DNA of 64,000 nucleotides, taken from NCBI RefSeq assembly GCF_018350175.1, contig NC_058377.1, forward strand, positions 108,686,001-108,750,000, written 5' to 3'. Below the pieces are notes generated by a model. The model was not told the DNA's origin. It ran no database searches and worked only from the letters and a program-made list of their open reading frames with translations. A program made the position numbers and the translations under genes. Positions 1-10,900 of this stretch are shown here, one piece after another. Each line of letters opens with the position of its first letter. The first letter of the stretch is position 1. The DNA comes from Felis catus (taxonomy: Eukaryota).

Positions 1-82
1 GGTAAAACCCCATGGCTCCGCAACCCCTGCCACTGGGCAGCCTACCCTGCCAGGGTCCCCACTTCTCCCCCCTCCTCCCCAG

Positions 83-555
83 AGCTCATGGATTTCAAGT
101 CCCGCCGTGTGTCCTCCTTCCGCAAGAATCTCATCGAGTTGGCAGAGCTGGAGCTCAAACACGCTAAGGTGAGCCCTCCAGCCTCCGTGCCGTCTTGCTG
201 TCCCTCTGCCATCCACTCCCAGACCTCTAGATTCTTACCGAATGCTTGCAAGTATGTGTCAAGGGGGAGGTGGACCTTGAGCAGCCCCAGTTGAGGTTCA
301 GGGCCAGGTTTCCTCTTCCACCAGGACCCCTTCCCTTATCACCATCAGCAGTAAGCCCTCAACAAATGGTGGCCGTTATTGCTGAGAGTAAGAATGCAAG
401 GACGGAAGGGACAGGAGGTGTGGGAAGAGGAGCACCCTGAAGCAGGGAGCAGGGTGGCAGGGGGTGGGGGTGGGGGCATCAAGGACCTCTCTCCTACGCA
501 GGCCAGCACCCTCCTTCTCCGGAACACCCTTGTCGCGCTCAAGGGGGAGCCTTAG
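83..555 (+). CDS. SNX32: Sorting nexin 32, last two coding exons (gene starts upstream of window)
   Basis: Exons 83-168 (ELMDFKSRRVSSFRKNLIELAELELKHAK, AG..GT) and 502-555 (ASTLLLRNTLVALKGEP*). SNX5/6/32-type BAR C-terminus; AATAAA 890-895; tail-to-tail with CFL1 as in human. Confidence 0.9.
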
Positions 556-2149
556 AGCAGCCAGAGCCTGCTCTGGGGCCTTTTAGTGGCAAGAGCCCCC
601 CCACCTCCTCACCCCAACAAGATGCCACCCCCACAGCAGCCACTAGCCAGGCCCCATGACCTCCCAGGGCAAGGGCAAGCCCAAGCCCTACTCCCACCCA
701 AAGGTGTCAGGTCCTACAAAAGGAAGATAGGGCAGCATGAGTACCATCCTTGGTCACAGGTAAGCAGAACCCCAGCTTTGGGGAGGCCTGGGACCTGGAC
801 CTCCCTCCTCTCCTGGGGGCCAAGGGGCAGCCCCCACACCTTGTCCCCCACCCCACCCCCAGAGTTCATTTGTCCCCATCCTGTTCACAAATAAAGAACT
901 TGGTTCTTGCTACAAGGAGGCCTGTTTGTCCTCACTTCCCACAGCTCCAGGGCCCAGATTCACCAGGGTACTATGGAGACCAGACCCTGGGTAACCCTAG
1001 TGTCCTCAAAGGGAACTACTCCTTTCTGCTTCCCTCTTGGATACTGGCAAGCTCCAAGGAACTAAGGGACCAGCTTTAACACCAAGAGGCTTTTTTCCCT
1101 CCAGTTCAGGTGACTGGGAGTGGGGAACTATAATCCTGCATCCACACCCTTAGGGTACAACTTCTAGGATACTTTTACCTCCTAGGCAGGTGAAAACCCA
1201 AAGTACAGGTTGGAGAGCCAGCAGCAATATTGGCAGAAGGCTCAGGGCCACAGCCAACACCCTCTTGATTAAACACAGGGAGGTGGGACCCAAGACACTT
1301 GGGTCTGAAGTCCTGGGCTCTACCTGGCTCAGCCCCACCCTGGACTTCAGTCACATCTGCAGGCCAAAGGCTTAACTTGGCTTCTGACTCACAGCAGCCA
1401 CTGCACCCAGCCCTCACAGATGAATCAGCCATCCATGAAAGAAGGTAGAGAAAAACCGAAGAAACCTCACAGACAGACTAAACAGCTCAAGAGGCAATTT
1501 GTAACTTGCAAGCTCCTAGCCTCCATTAGGCAGGACTGAGCGGGGAGTCAGGGAATGGGTCTCGGCGACCAGGGACCCACCTGTGCAAATGCTATGGGCT
1601 TAAGAGCTCAGGCACGAAGCCCCTTCTGCTCAAGGGACTCCTGGGACTGGCAGCAGGTGCGCCCTGGCTCAGCCACCTCAACAGCCAGTTCGGCACCAGC
1701 TGTGGCACCACCTAGGAGTGTCAGAGGGAGGCTCTGCCAGTTGCTGGGGCCAAGTGAGGAGGGGGTGGGTGGAGCTCCGGTATAGAAAAGAGATGCTACT
1801 CATTATCTCAGCACACCTCCCCCCCCCCCCCCCCCCCCCCCCCCCGCCCCAAGGTCCCTGGGGCCCCAACCCTGAAACAAACATCCCATTAGTGAGGCTT
1901 TTTATTGTCGTGTGTGTGTTTGTTTTTTTTTTAATTGAAGGTCCCTTACTGGTCCTGCCTCCATGAGTGGCGAAGACCAGGGGCAAAAGGGAGGGGAACC
2001 AGCGGCGCGAGGAGGGGTCATCTCCACAACATTCCATTTATACACAGAACTAAACAGACAAGCACAGAGTCACTATTGCGGTTAGAAGTTGGCAGCATGG
2101 GAAAAGGGAGGAACAGGTGGGGAATTGGGGCATCGTTAAAAAAAATACA

Positions 2150-3356
2150 NNNNNNNNNNNNNNNNNNNNNNNNNNNNNNNNNNNNNNNNNNNNNNNNNNN
2201 NNNNNNNNNNNNNNNNNNNNNNNNNNNNNNNNNNNNNNNNNNNNNNNNNNNNNNNNNNNNNNNNNNNNNNNNNNNNNNNNGGGGGCTGTTTNNNNNNNNN
2301 NNNNNNNNNNNNNNNNNNNNNNNNNNNNNNNNNNNNNNNNNNNNNNNNNNNNNNNNNNNNNNNNNNNNNNNNNNNNNNNNNNNNNNNNNNNNNNNNNNNN
2401 NNNNNNNNNNNNNNNNNNNNNNNNNNNNNNNNNNNNNNNNNNNNNNNNNNNNNNNNNNNNNNNNNNNNNNNNNAGTTTCTCGGCCAGGGTGCAGCGGTCC
2501 TTGACCTCCTCGTAGCAGTTTGCTTGTAATTCATGCTTGATCCCTGTGAGGAAGAATGAGAGCATCTGTGAGCAGGATGCACTGGGGGAGGGGAAGTCGG
2601 GGCTGGGAAGGAGCCAATCAGAACAGATGGTAGGGACAAGGTTACGTTCCAGCAGGCAGGGGAGGGGAGGGGGAGGTATCTTGTATACCATGCCATTCAC
2701 CCCCCACCTGCAGCCAAAGCCTGAGTGAAGAGGCACATGGCACCAATGCCGGCCCTTACCCGTCAGCTTCTTCTTGATGGCGTCCTTGGAGCTGGCATAA
2801 ATCATTTTGCTCTTGAGGGGTGCACATTCAGGTGCCCTGGAGGGAAACAGAGTCAGAGAACATGCGACAAAATTCCCTCTTGGAGTCTAGCAAGTGCCCT
2901 CAAGTGGGAGAGGACCTCAAGAACCCCCTGAACTGGTCCTCAGCTTTCAAGCTTTTACCAAGTTCCTCTCTGACCAGTGTTTCGTTCCAACACCCTGCCC
3001 CCAAACACACACCTCTGGGTTAACCAGGAGCCACAGAAGTTCAATACTGAGAAGGAAGAGTGGGGCAGGGCTGGGGCAGGTGACAGGAGGGAGTGCCTNN
3101 NNNNNNNNNNNNNNNNNNNNNNNNNNNNNNNNNNNNNNNNNNNNNNNNNNNNNNNNNNNNNNNNNNNNNNNNNNNNNNNNNNNNNNNNNNNNNNNNNNNN
3201 NNNNNNNNNNNNNNNNNNNNNNNNNNNNNNNNNNNNNNNNNNNNNNNNNNNNNNNNNNNNNNNNNNNNNNNNNNNNNNNNNNNNNNNNNNNNNNNNNNNN
3301 NNNNNNNNNNNNNNNNNNNNNNNNNNNNNNNNNNNNNNNNNNNNNNNNNNNNNNNN
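2150..3356. other. Assembly N gaps (2150-2280, 2292-2473, 3099-3356; a fourth at 56821-56952)
   Basis: Runs of N in the sequence. Confidence 1.
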
Positions 3357-5345
3357 GACTTACGAACCTTCATGTCATTGAACACTTTGATGACACCATC
3401 AGAGACTGCCACACCAGAGGCCTGGAGAATGAGCCACATATACTTTACAAACGAAAGATTTCTGGGACTCCCTGTAAAGTCCCTTCTTTGCAATCTTAGG
3501 AGATCTGTATAGATGCCAACAAATATGGTCCTCAGCCCCAAGAGCTCATCAATCCCCTTCCCAAGATGTCACCATTTTCCCACCCAAGCCACTGTCCAAG
3601 AACTAGACAGGACACAACCCCAGAATGGCAATCACAGAAGAGACCTCTAATCATCGAATTCAACATCATCCTCCCCCACCGAACATCTTAGAAACTGCAG
3701 ACCTGTGAAGACCAGAACCTTGGCTTTGATGTGAGCCCAGGATTAAAAGAACCCACAAACTACTGACTCGTTTCTTAAAGTACTCAATCTCAGTTCCCGG
3801 ATAAAAGTGCTGACTCAAAACTTCACACGTAGGGAAAGGGGACCCAGGTACTCAAGTCATAGATAGCCATCTCTTCTGCAAACAGAACCACAATGGCAGG
3901 TGAGACACCAATGAGTTCAACAACCCTCGCTAAGTCTTTCAGAACTACTCAATGCAGTTGTTACACAAACCATCCTCTTTCTTGCCGAGATCTTCTTCAA
4001 CCAAAGCAGAAATCACAATCCCTTATTAAGGCCCTACCCCATAACCTCCCTGTCCTCCCGGAAAAATGCAGGACCCCAAGATCGCTGATAGAAGTTAGCA
4101 GGCCAAACCCAAGTGCCCACGGACCCCGAAAGCTTCTTAAACGTCTATTTTGGGCCATCCTGGGGGACACCCTCAACAAGAGAGGGTCTACCGCCCACAG
4201 TGAAATCAGCTGTGCCCCCCACTCCCGGAACTGCAGAAGCCGGCCACGTGACTCCGCCGCTTCCGGAGTAGGCGGAGAAAAGTGCTCGCCAGGGCCCGGC
4301 CCGTCCGGGCGAGAAAGCTGTGCCCGGAGGCAGTAGCACCCCCAGGGCCTCAACCCCAAGGAATCGCTTTTACCGACCGGCGTTATCAGCCCCGTCCGCT
4401 GCCGGCTGGAGCCTTGGGCAAGTTACACAACCTTCAGTTCTCGTAGCCCTGGGGCCGAACATGGAGCAGGCGGGGTGGTTTCCGGGCGGTGCCCGCCTGG
4501 GTCACTTCCCCAAACTCGGCTCCACCCTCAGGCCCCATCCGGGAGAGCCGAAGGCCCCGCTGGTCCAGGGCTTCGGGCCCAGCGGAGGGGCCTGAGCGTA
4601 TGCGCACGCGCCGGCCGACTGCGCCGTTCCAGCCTTTGCCGGATGTACGGAGCACACAACCCTGATCGCTTTGTGGGCTCCCTCGCTACCGATCAGAACG
4701 GTGATCTCCGCGGTGCAAACCCGCGGCTCCGTGTCGCGCGGTGCAAGCCCCTAATTCCAATCGCCAGTGCCTGGACCCCGACGCCCTCGCATCTCCATTG
4801 GCCCAACGCCCCCGCCCCTCCTGGGTGCAGACATCCTTGCCACCTGCTCTCGAGACAGACCCGCCAGTCGAGGGAGGGTGACGCGGAGACAGGAACAGCC
4901 CTTGGGTGGGGTGCGCGCGCCAAGACCGCTCGCGCGCTTTTCCTTCGCCGCCCCCCGGGCCGAGTTCCGATGCCGCATGCTCCTGTCGAACGCGCGCCCC
5001 CGTGAACCGACTTGCCTCGGCGCGCGTCCCCGGCTGCTCCGCGAGGGGCGGGCGCGCGCGCGCCACGGACCCCTCCCCCACAGTCGGTGTCCGCGCGAGC
5101 GCAGCAGCGCGGTGGGGGAGGGGAAGGGAGTCCAGGGGGCGCGCGAGCGTCGTCCGAGGCAGCCCTCCCCAGCGCCCGCGGGCGCGCACGCGCGTCCCAA
5201 CGCCGCCCGCCCCTCAGTCCGAGACCCTCATCCCGCCCGGGGCGCTGGGGGAGGGGGTGCCGACGTCGCTCCCCCTTTCCCTCCCCCGCGCGCAGACCGA
5301 CTCGCAGCCACCACCCCTCAGTCGCCATGGCCTGCTGCTCACCAT
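2431..5345 (-). CDS. CFL1: Cofilin-1 (4 exons, partly in N gaps)
   Basis: Exon 1 ATG|gtgag at 5345-5343; exon 2 from 3421 ([21 protein letters not shown], into gap; end ~3114 inferred); exon 3 2836-2760 ([25 protein letters not shown]); exon 4 from 2543 ([23 protein letters not shown], stop ~2431 inferred inside gap). Minus-strand AATAAA 1901-1906. Confidence 0.96.
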
Positions 5346-5760
5346 GTTTCCGGAAGCGAAAGGGAGATAGCAAGGAGAGTCAGAAAAGACGAGAGCCGCT
5401 GCAGCTGCTGCCGGGATCCGACTGAACGCGGCCTCTCCCGGCCCCTTCCGTTTAGTATGAGCCGCACAATGAGGGGCGGGGCGGGCTTCCGGCGCCCTCC
5501 CCACGGGCCGACGGGAAGTGAAGTCCAAGGGTCCTGCGCCGTTCTCGGGCTCGCTGGGTAACGGAGTCTTTTTCGCCAGCAGGGCTCCCAGCGCCACATT
5601 GCATGCTGGGAAACGTAGTCCGAGGCAGCCAAGAGGGGCGGGGCCATGGCACGGAGAGCGCGCCCATTGGCCCAATTTTCCAGGAAACGCTCAGCTGAGC
5701 AAAGGGCCCCGGCTCTAGGTAATGGGACCCGAAAATGAGTTGTCGACCTCGCCGCTCTTT
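4190..5760. promoter_or_regulatory. CFL1 CpG island and promoter
   Basis: Very CpG-dense; GC boxes near 5473-5485; ZNF143/SBS-like GGACTACGTTTCCCAGCATGC on the minus strand at ~5601-5621; CCAAT-like near 5665-5676. Confidence 0.8.
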
Positions 5761-6480
5761 ATCCGCAGCGAAACTGTTTCCTAAGATCCATCTTGGCACT
5801 TTCTGGTCTGAAAATTTTGAGCTAATATTTTGCTTTTCTGAATTGAAGCAACTTATTCATTGACCTGGAATCCAGTCCTAGAACAAGGAGAATAGAAAGT
5901 GTAAGGTGTCTTCAATTCAATAAAAAATTTCTTGAGCACCCTTCATGTGCAAAGGCACTTGCATACTGAGAAAAGGCTATCTGCAACTTCGATTAAATTA
6001 GAACAAGAAAAAAAAAAACCCACCAGGGAAAGGCTACAAGGAAGTCTTTGAAAATAGAGCTTTGTCCTTTTTTTTTTTAAAGATGTCTGACAAATTCACG
6101 GAACAATAAAGGGAGAAAGGCACGGTTTTGTGCGATCAATTCAATTCAAAGATTTTGTGCTAGACACAGTGAAAAGGGGAAATAGATATTAAACCAGACT
6201 TGACTCTCGTTCTCGAGTTGATAGCCAGGCTTACGTCTAACTTAATACCCGGGAGAATTAAGACACAGCTTTGTGTGGGCCTATGTTTCAAACAAAACGG
6301 ATGAGGGTAAGGGAGTTTTCGCTGGCCTCGAACAATGACAATGGCCATAAGCTCTACAGAAACACATAAAGAGTCGCAAACAAGGGAACTGGGGGCATGG
6401 ATCCCATCACTGGAATAAAGGATGTAAATGAAGGGTTGCAAGTCCGGTCTTCCCGACCGGGAGTGGGGGCCCCTCGCAGG

Positions 6481-6794
6481 GCATGCCGGGGATTGTAGTC
6501 AGAGACATCCTGCTGCACCGCCCACCAGCCGAGTTGCCTCGAGCCCCAGGTGGAGGCTGCCGCTCGACCCCCAGCCCCGTAAACGACCCTGCCAGAAAAG
6601 GAGGCTGGCTCCACTTTTCTCAAGCCTCGGGGAGTTTCCAAGAGCAACAAGGAGGGGGAGAGAGACTTCGAAGTTACCCTGGAGACGCGCTCCCGCCCGC
6701 CCCTAGCCACGGGATGCCCTAGATGTCCTTATTAGGACAAGAGACTAGAGGGGGTGGTGCCAAACCGAAAGCCCGATGGAGGCTCCTTATAAGG
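6481..6794. promoter_or_regulatory. SRF CArG pair plus ZNF143 motif between divergent CFL1 and MUS81
   Basis: CCTTATTAGG 6727-6736 and CCTTATAAGG 6785-6794 both fit CC(A/T)6GG; ACTACAATCCC-type motif on the minus strand at ~6481-6500. Confidence 0.72.
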
Positions 6795-7958
6795 CAGCCT
6801 CGGGAGGGAGGCGGGAGTTCGGAGCTAGCTGGGGCGGGGGGGGGGGGGGGGGGGCGTGCAGAATCGCGGCTGGGCGGAGTCTGAAGGGGCGGGCCTGGAG
6901 CTCCGGCGCCCTCCTCTCCGCTCCTCGAAGGCCCCAGACCTGCGCCTCGATACTTCCGTAAAACAACTGGGGAAGGCTGTAACTTCCTGGCGAGATCCTT
7001 GAGCCGAATTCGGCTGTACTCGTCTCTCAACCTGGGTTCCTTTTGCATAAGCCTAAACCTAAACCTTCTTGAGGGTCTCTCATCTCCAATGAGTCACGAA
7101 AACGACATGTTCTCCCCTTCCACCCTTGTCGGGGCTCTTACCTCCAGTCGATTCCCCTGAATCCAACCACAAGCCCATCTCAGACTCCCTCCACACACCT
7201 GCCCTGAGTTCTAGCATCTCCTATTTGTCCCTTTTCAACTCGTTCTCTGTTCCCTTCCGTCCTCCTAGCTTTGGCCTTCCTAATACGTCCCCTGTTTTGC
7301 GCCCCTCCCCCACTGCTGGGTATCCACGCTCCGCTCCCTCCCAGGTCAGGACCTCCGTTTCTTTGGAGGTCCTTCAGCATCTCTCCTACATTACCTTTGT
7401 ATCTCCATCCCTGGAGCCCTTTCTAGATGTCCCTCTTGCAAATATATCTGTATTCATTTGTCCCTCCCTCCCCCTCCCCCCCCACCTCTCCGTTTCTGAA
7501 AACCCCGTCTCCAGCCTCCTCCGCAAAGGTGAGACTGAAACTGACAGCCTCAGGTTACTCGGTGTTAAGCGCCACCCCAGCCAGCCCTCCCAGCCACACG
7601 GGGGCGCTGTCCGCCTTCCTGTCTCGCACAAAGAGGACCCCACTCTTGAATCTGGGATGGAGGAAAGGGCGGGTCAAGACTCCGAGAGTCTGGGTGGGGC
7701 CCGTCCCGAAGGCTGGTTTGGGCCGGGAGGGGCGAGGGGGTAAAGGGTATAGAGAAAGCTCTCAGCACCAACCACTTGGAGTACTGCAGGGGCGGGGAGG
7801 GCAGCGGGAGGCTCGTCTAGTTAGTGCCCCGCGTGGGACCACGTGATTGGAGAGGTTCCGCCCTAACCCTTTCGAGTCAGGTGTTCAATCCCATCTCCAG
7901 AACTGGCGGCGTCCCATTCCCGTCGGCGCGAGGCGCCAGAGGACCCGCCCTGGGGCTC

Positions 7959-10900
7959 ATGGCAGCGCCGGTCCGCATGGGCCGGAAACGCCCGCTGCCG
8001 GTTTGCCCCAACCCGCTCTTCATACGCTGGCTAACCGAATGGCGGGACGAGGCAGCCAGTAGGGGGCGCCGAACGCAATTCGTGTTTCAGAAGGTGGGTC
8101 CCGGCTTAATGGGGACAGGTGCGGGCGGAACCAGACCACCAGGCCCGCCCTGACCTAGTACCGTACCCCTACCGCCGCCAGGCGCTGCGCTCCCTCCGGC
8201 GGTACCCACTGCCTCTAAGCAGCGGCAAGGAAGCAAAAATCTTACAACACTTCGGAGACAGGCTCTGCCGTATGCTGGATCAGCGGCTGCAGCAGCACAG
8301 AGCATCAGGCGGTGAGCGCTGGGGTCAGGAGTCGGTGGTCCCCGAGTCTCCCCCCGAGAGCAGTCTCCATAATCATCTGGTATGCCTTAGCTTCAGGCAC
8401 CTGACTCATGTCCAAGTTGCTGTTTAACCTCAGGCTAGTGGCTGGCTTACACACGGAGCCTCACCTGTCTCACCTACCACGTGAGCTGGCAGCGTCTCAG
8501 ACCTTCCCACCTGTGGGATTCCGTGGGGTTGACTGTCTTCTGCTCCCGCAGGTGACCATGCTCCAAGTTCACCATCTGGAGAGAAGAGTCCAGCCCCAGA
8601 AGGGCCACTTGCCAGAGCCCAGGACTCTTCCGTGCCAGTGAGGAGTGGGCAAGGGTAGTGAAAAGGAAAATGGGAACAGCAGGAGGAAGATTTCGTGGCT
8701 TGGGGGACTTATCAGGCCTGGGTACAGATCTCCCACCAGAGACGCCTGGCCTTGGGCAAATGATTTATCCTCATACTTCGTTTTCTCCTCTGTGGATGGA
8801 GATCCCGAATGATAACAGAGTCAGTTGAGGAGTTCCACGATCAGGCTATTTAGGGGGCCAAGCCCAGTAAGTTGTGGGCATTGCTATTGTTGGCTTTTCC
8901 TTACTACTTCTGTTGTGCAGTGGATGGTAGAACTGAGGCTGGGTCGGGCCAGTTCCACCCCTGACCCCCCTCCTGCTCCCATCCCCCACTCCAACCATCC
9001 ACCGTTTCACTGCGGCTTTTACAGGCCGGCCCATCATCTGAGCCATTTTACAGATGGGGAAACAGAGGCAGCTTGCGTGGCTTGTCTGGAGCCAGGCGCT
9101 GAGCTAGAACCTGAACCCCAGCCCTGCCAGGGATTCGGTCTCTGATGGCTGATTGGTTTTCCTCTTCAAAGCCGCTGTGTATCTTTCAGGTTTCGGCCCA
9201 GCCCAAAGCAGGAGGCCGTGGCAGCTACCGGCCCACTCGGCACTCGGGAGCCCGGGCAGTCCTGCTTCTGCTCTACAGGGAACACCTGGTGAGCGCTTGG
9301 TAGTCCCAGGAGTCAGGGGAAGTCGGGCAGTGGGGCGTGAGGCTCCTGGAAGTGACAGGACTGGCCCCAGTGCTGAACCCGCCTCGGTTACATTTCTGCC
9401 TCGGTTCCAGAATCCTAGTGGTCATGGCTTCCTGACCAAGGAGGAGCTTCTGCGGAGGTGTGCCCAGAAAACTCCCAGGGTGAGCACTGAGATGGGAAAA
9501 GGGTGGAGCCGAGTGGCTCTTGATGAGACCCCGAGTCCACCAGAGACTTCTCTTCTTGGGAGCAAGCAGTGGTTTGGGGCCCAGGGAGCTGGACGTGTGG
9601 TAGTACCAGGAGCTTTCTAAGGGTCTCCTCCCCTGTGGACAGGCGGCCCCTGGGAGTGCTCGACCCTGGCCAGCCCTCCGCTCCCTCCTCCACAGGAACC
9701 TGGTTCTCAGGACACACCAGCCAGCCAGGTAGGGTCAACTACAGGAGGTGCAGGGGGGGAGATGTGGCATGATGTTCCAAGTGGGGCCCTACAGTCACCC
9801 AGCTAACCTCAGGCCTCGTGCTGTTGAGATAGGTGGGGGAGGGAAGACTGTACTCCCGGGAGCCCCCACTGTTGGAGTACCAGCAGGATCCGAGAGGAGA
9901 GGGTGCCACAGGTTTCTGTAAGAGCAGACAGGCTTTGCCGGAGGACACGGCATTTGACGCGTCTCAGAACGTAGTGGGGAGAGACGCAGAAAAGGCGCTC
10001 CGGAGAGAGGGAAAGTCTGTCTGAGATGTGCTTGTTGCAGACTGAGAAATATCCCTGGGCAGGTCCACAGGATGCTGATCTGGGGAGCAAGAACACAGCA
10101 TGGGGGCGTGGAAGCCACTGGACTTGTTTGTGCAGGGTCACCGAGGCTGGCGAGGCCAGCCTCGCTGGGGGCCGGCGGGAGAGCCTGCCAGGTGTGGGTG
10201 AAAAAGGGAGGTCTGTGTTCCTCTCCTCCATCTCCCAGGTACTCATTGACCCCTGAGGGTCTGGAGCTGGCCCAGAAGCTGGCTGAGTCAGAGGGCCTGA
10301 GCTCACTGAATGTGGGCCTCGGACCAGAGGAGCCCCCTGGGGCGGAGCCAGAAGAGCCAGGAGCAGCCTCCGCTGAGCTGTGAGGAGGAGCGGGGAGGGG
10401 GACAACAGGGGAGAAAAAGGGGTCCCAGAAATGAGGCCAACCCTGTCTCCGTCAGCTCTAGCTGAGCTGCCCCACCCACTGTGGGTTGTTGGGGGGAACC
10501 TGCCTGCCACTGGTGTTCTGGCCTCAGACACACCAACACCCCCTCCCCGCCTCGTAGTGGCGCCAGCGAAGGGAGTGCCCAGCAGCTGTCACTGGAGCTC
10601 AGGCCTGGAGAGTACAGGGTGCTGTTGTGTGTGGACATCGGTGAAGCCAAGGGGTGAGTGGGGTGGGGGGAGCGAGGGGGAGGATGCTGGGAGGCGGCAC
10701 AATCAGGCGTCCCGATCTAGGCCTCTTGTCTCGCAACCCCAGGGCCAGGCACAGGCAAGAGCTGCTCCTCGAGCTACAGCGGCTGCGTGTCACCCACACG
10801 GTACGCAAGCTGCATGTTGGGGACTTCGTGTGGGTGGCGCAGGAGACCGAGCCCGGAGACCCAGGTAAGGGGCATGGACGGAAGGGCAGGTGGCAGAGGC

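Noticed and set aside
2821-2836. CFL1 APEC instead of human APES as a novel variant
   Set aside because: As I recall, Cys at this position also occurs in other laurasiatherian cofilins, so it is probably not unusual.
4022-4032. CCTTATTAAGG as a CArG box
   Set aside because: Seven A/T bases between CC and GG; does not fit CC(A/T)6GG.
4475-5675. Multiple 150-260-aa ORFs in CFL1 intron 1 and promoter
   Set aside because: Open in all frames on both strands, as expected in a CpG island; no protein-like composition.
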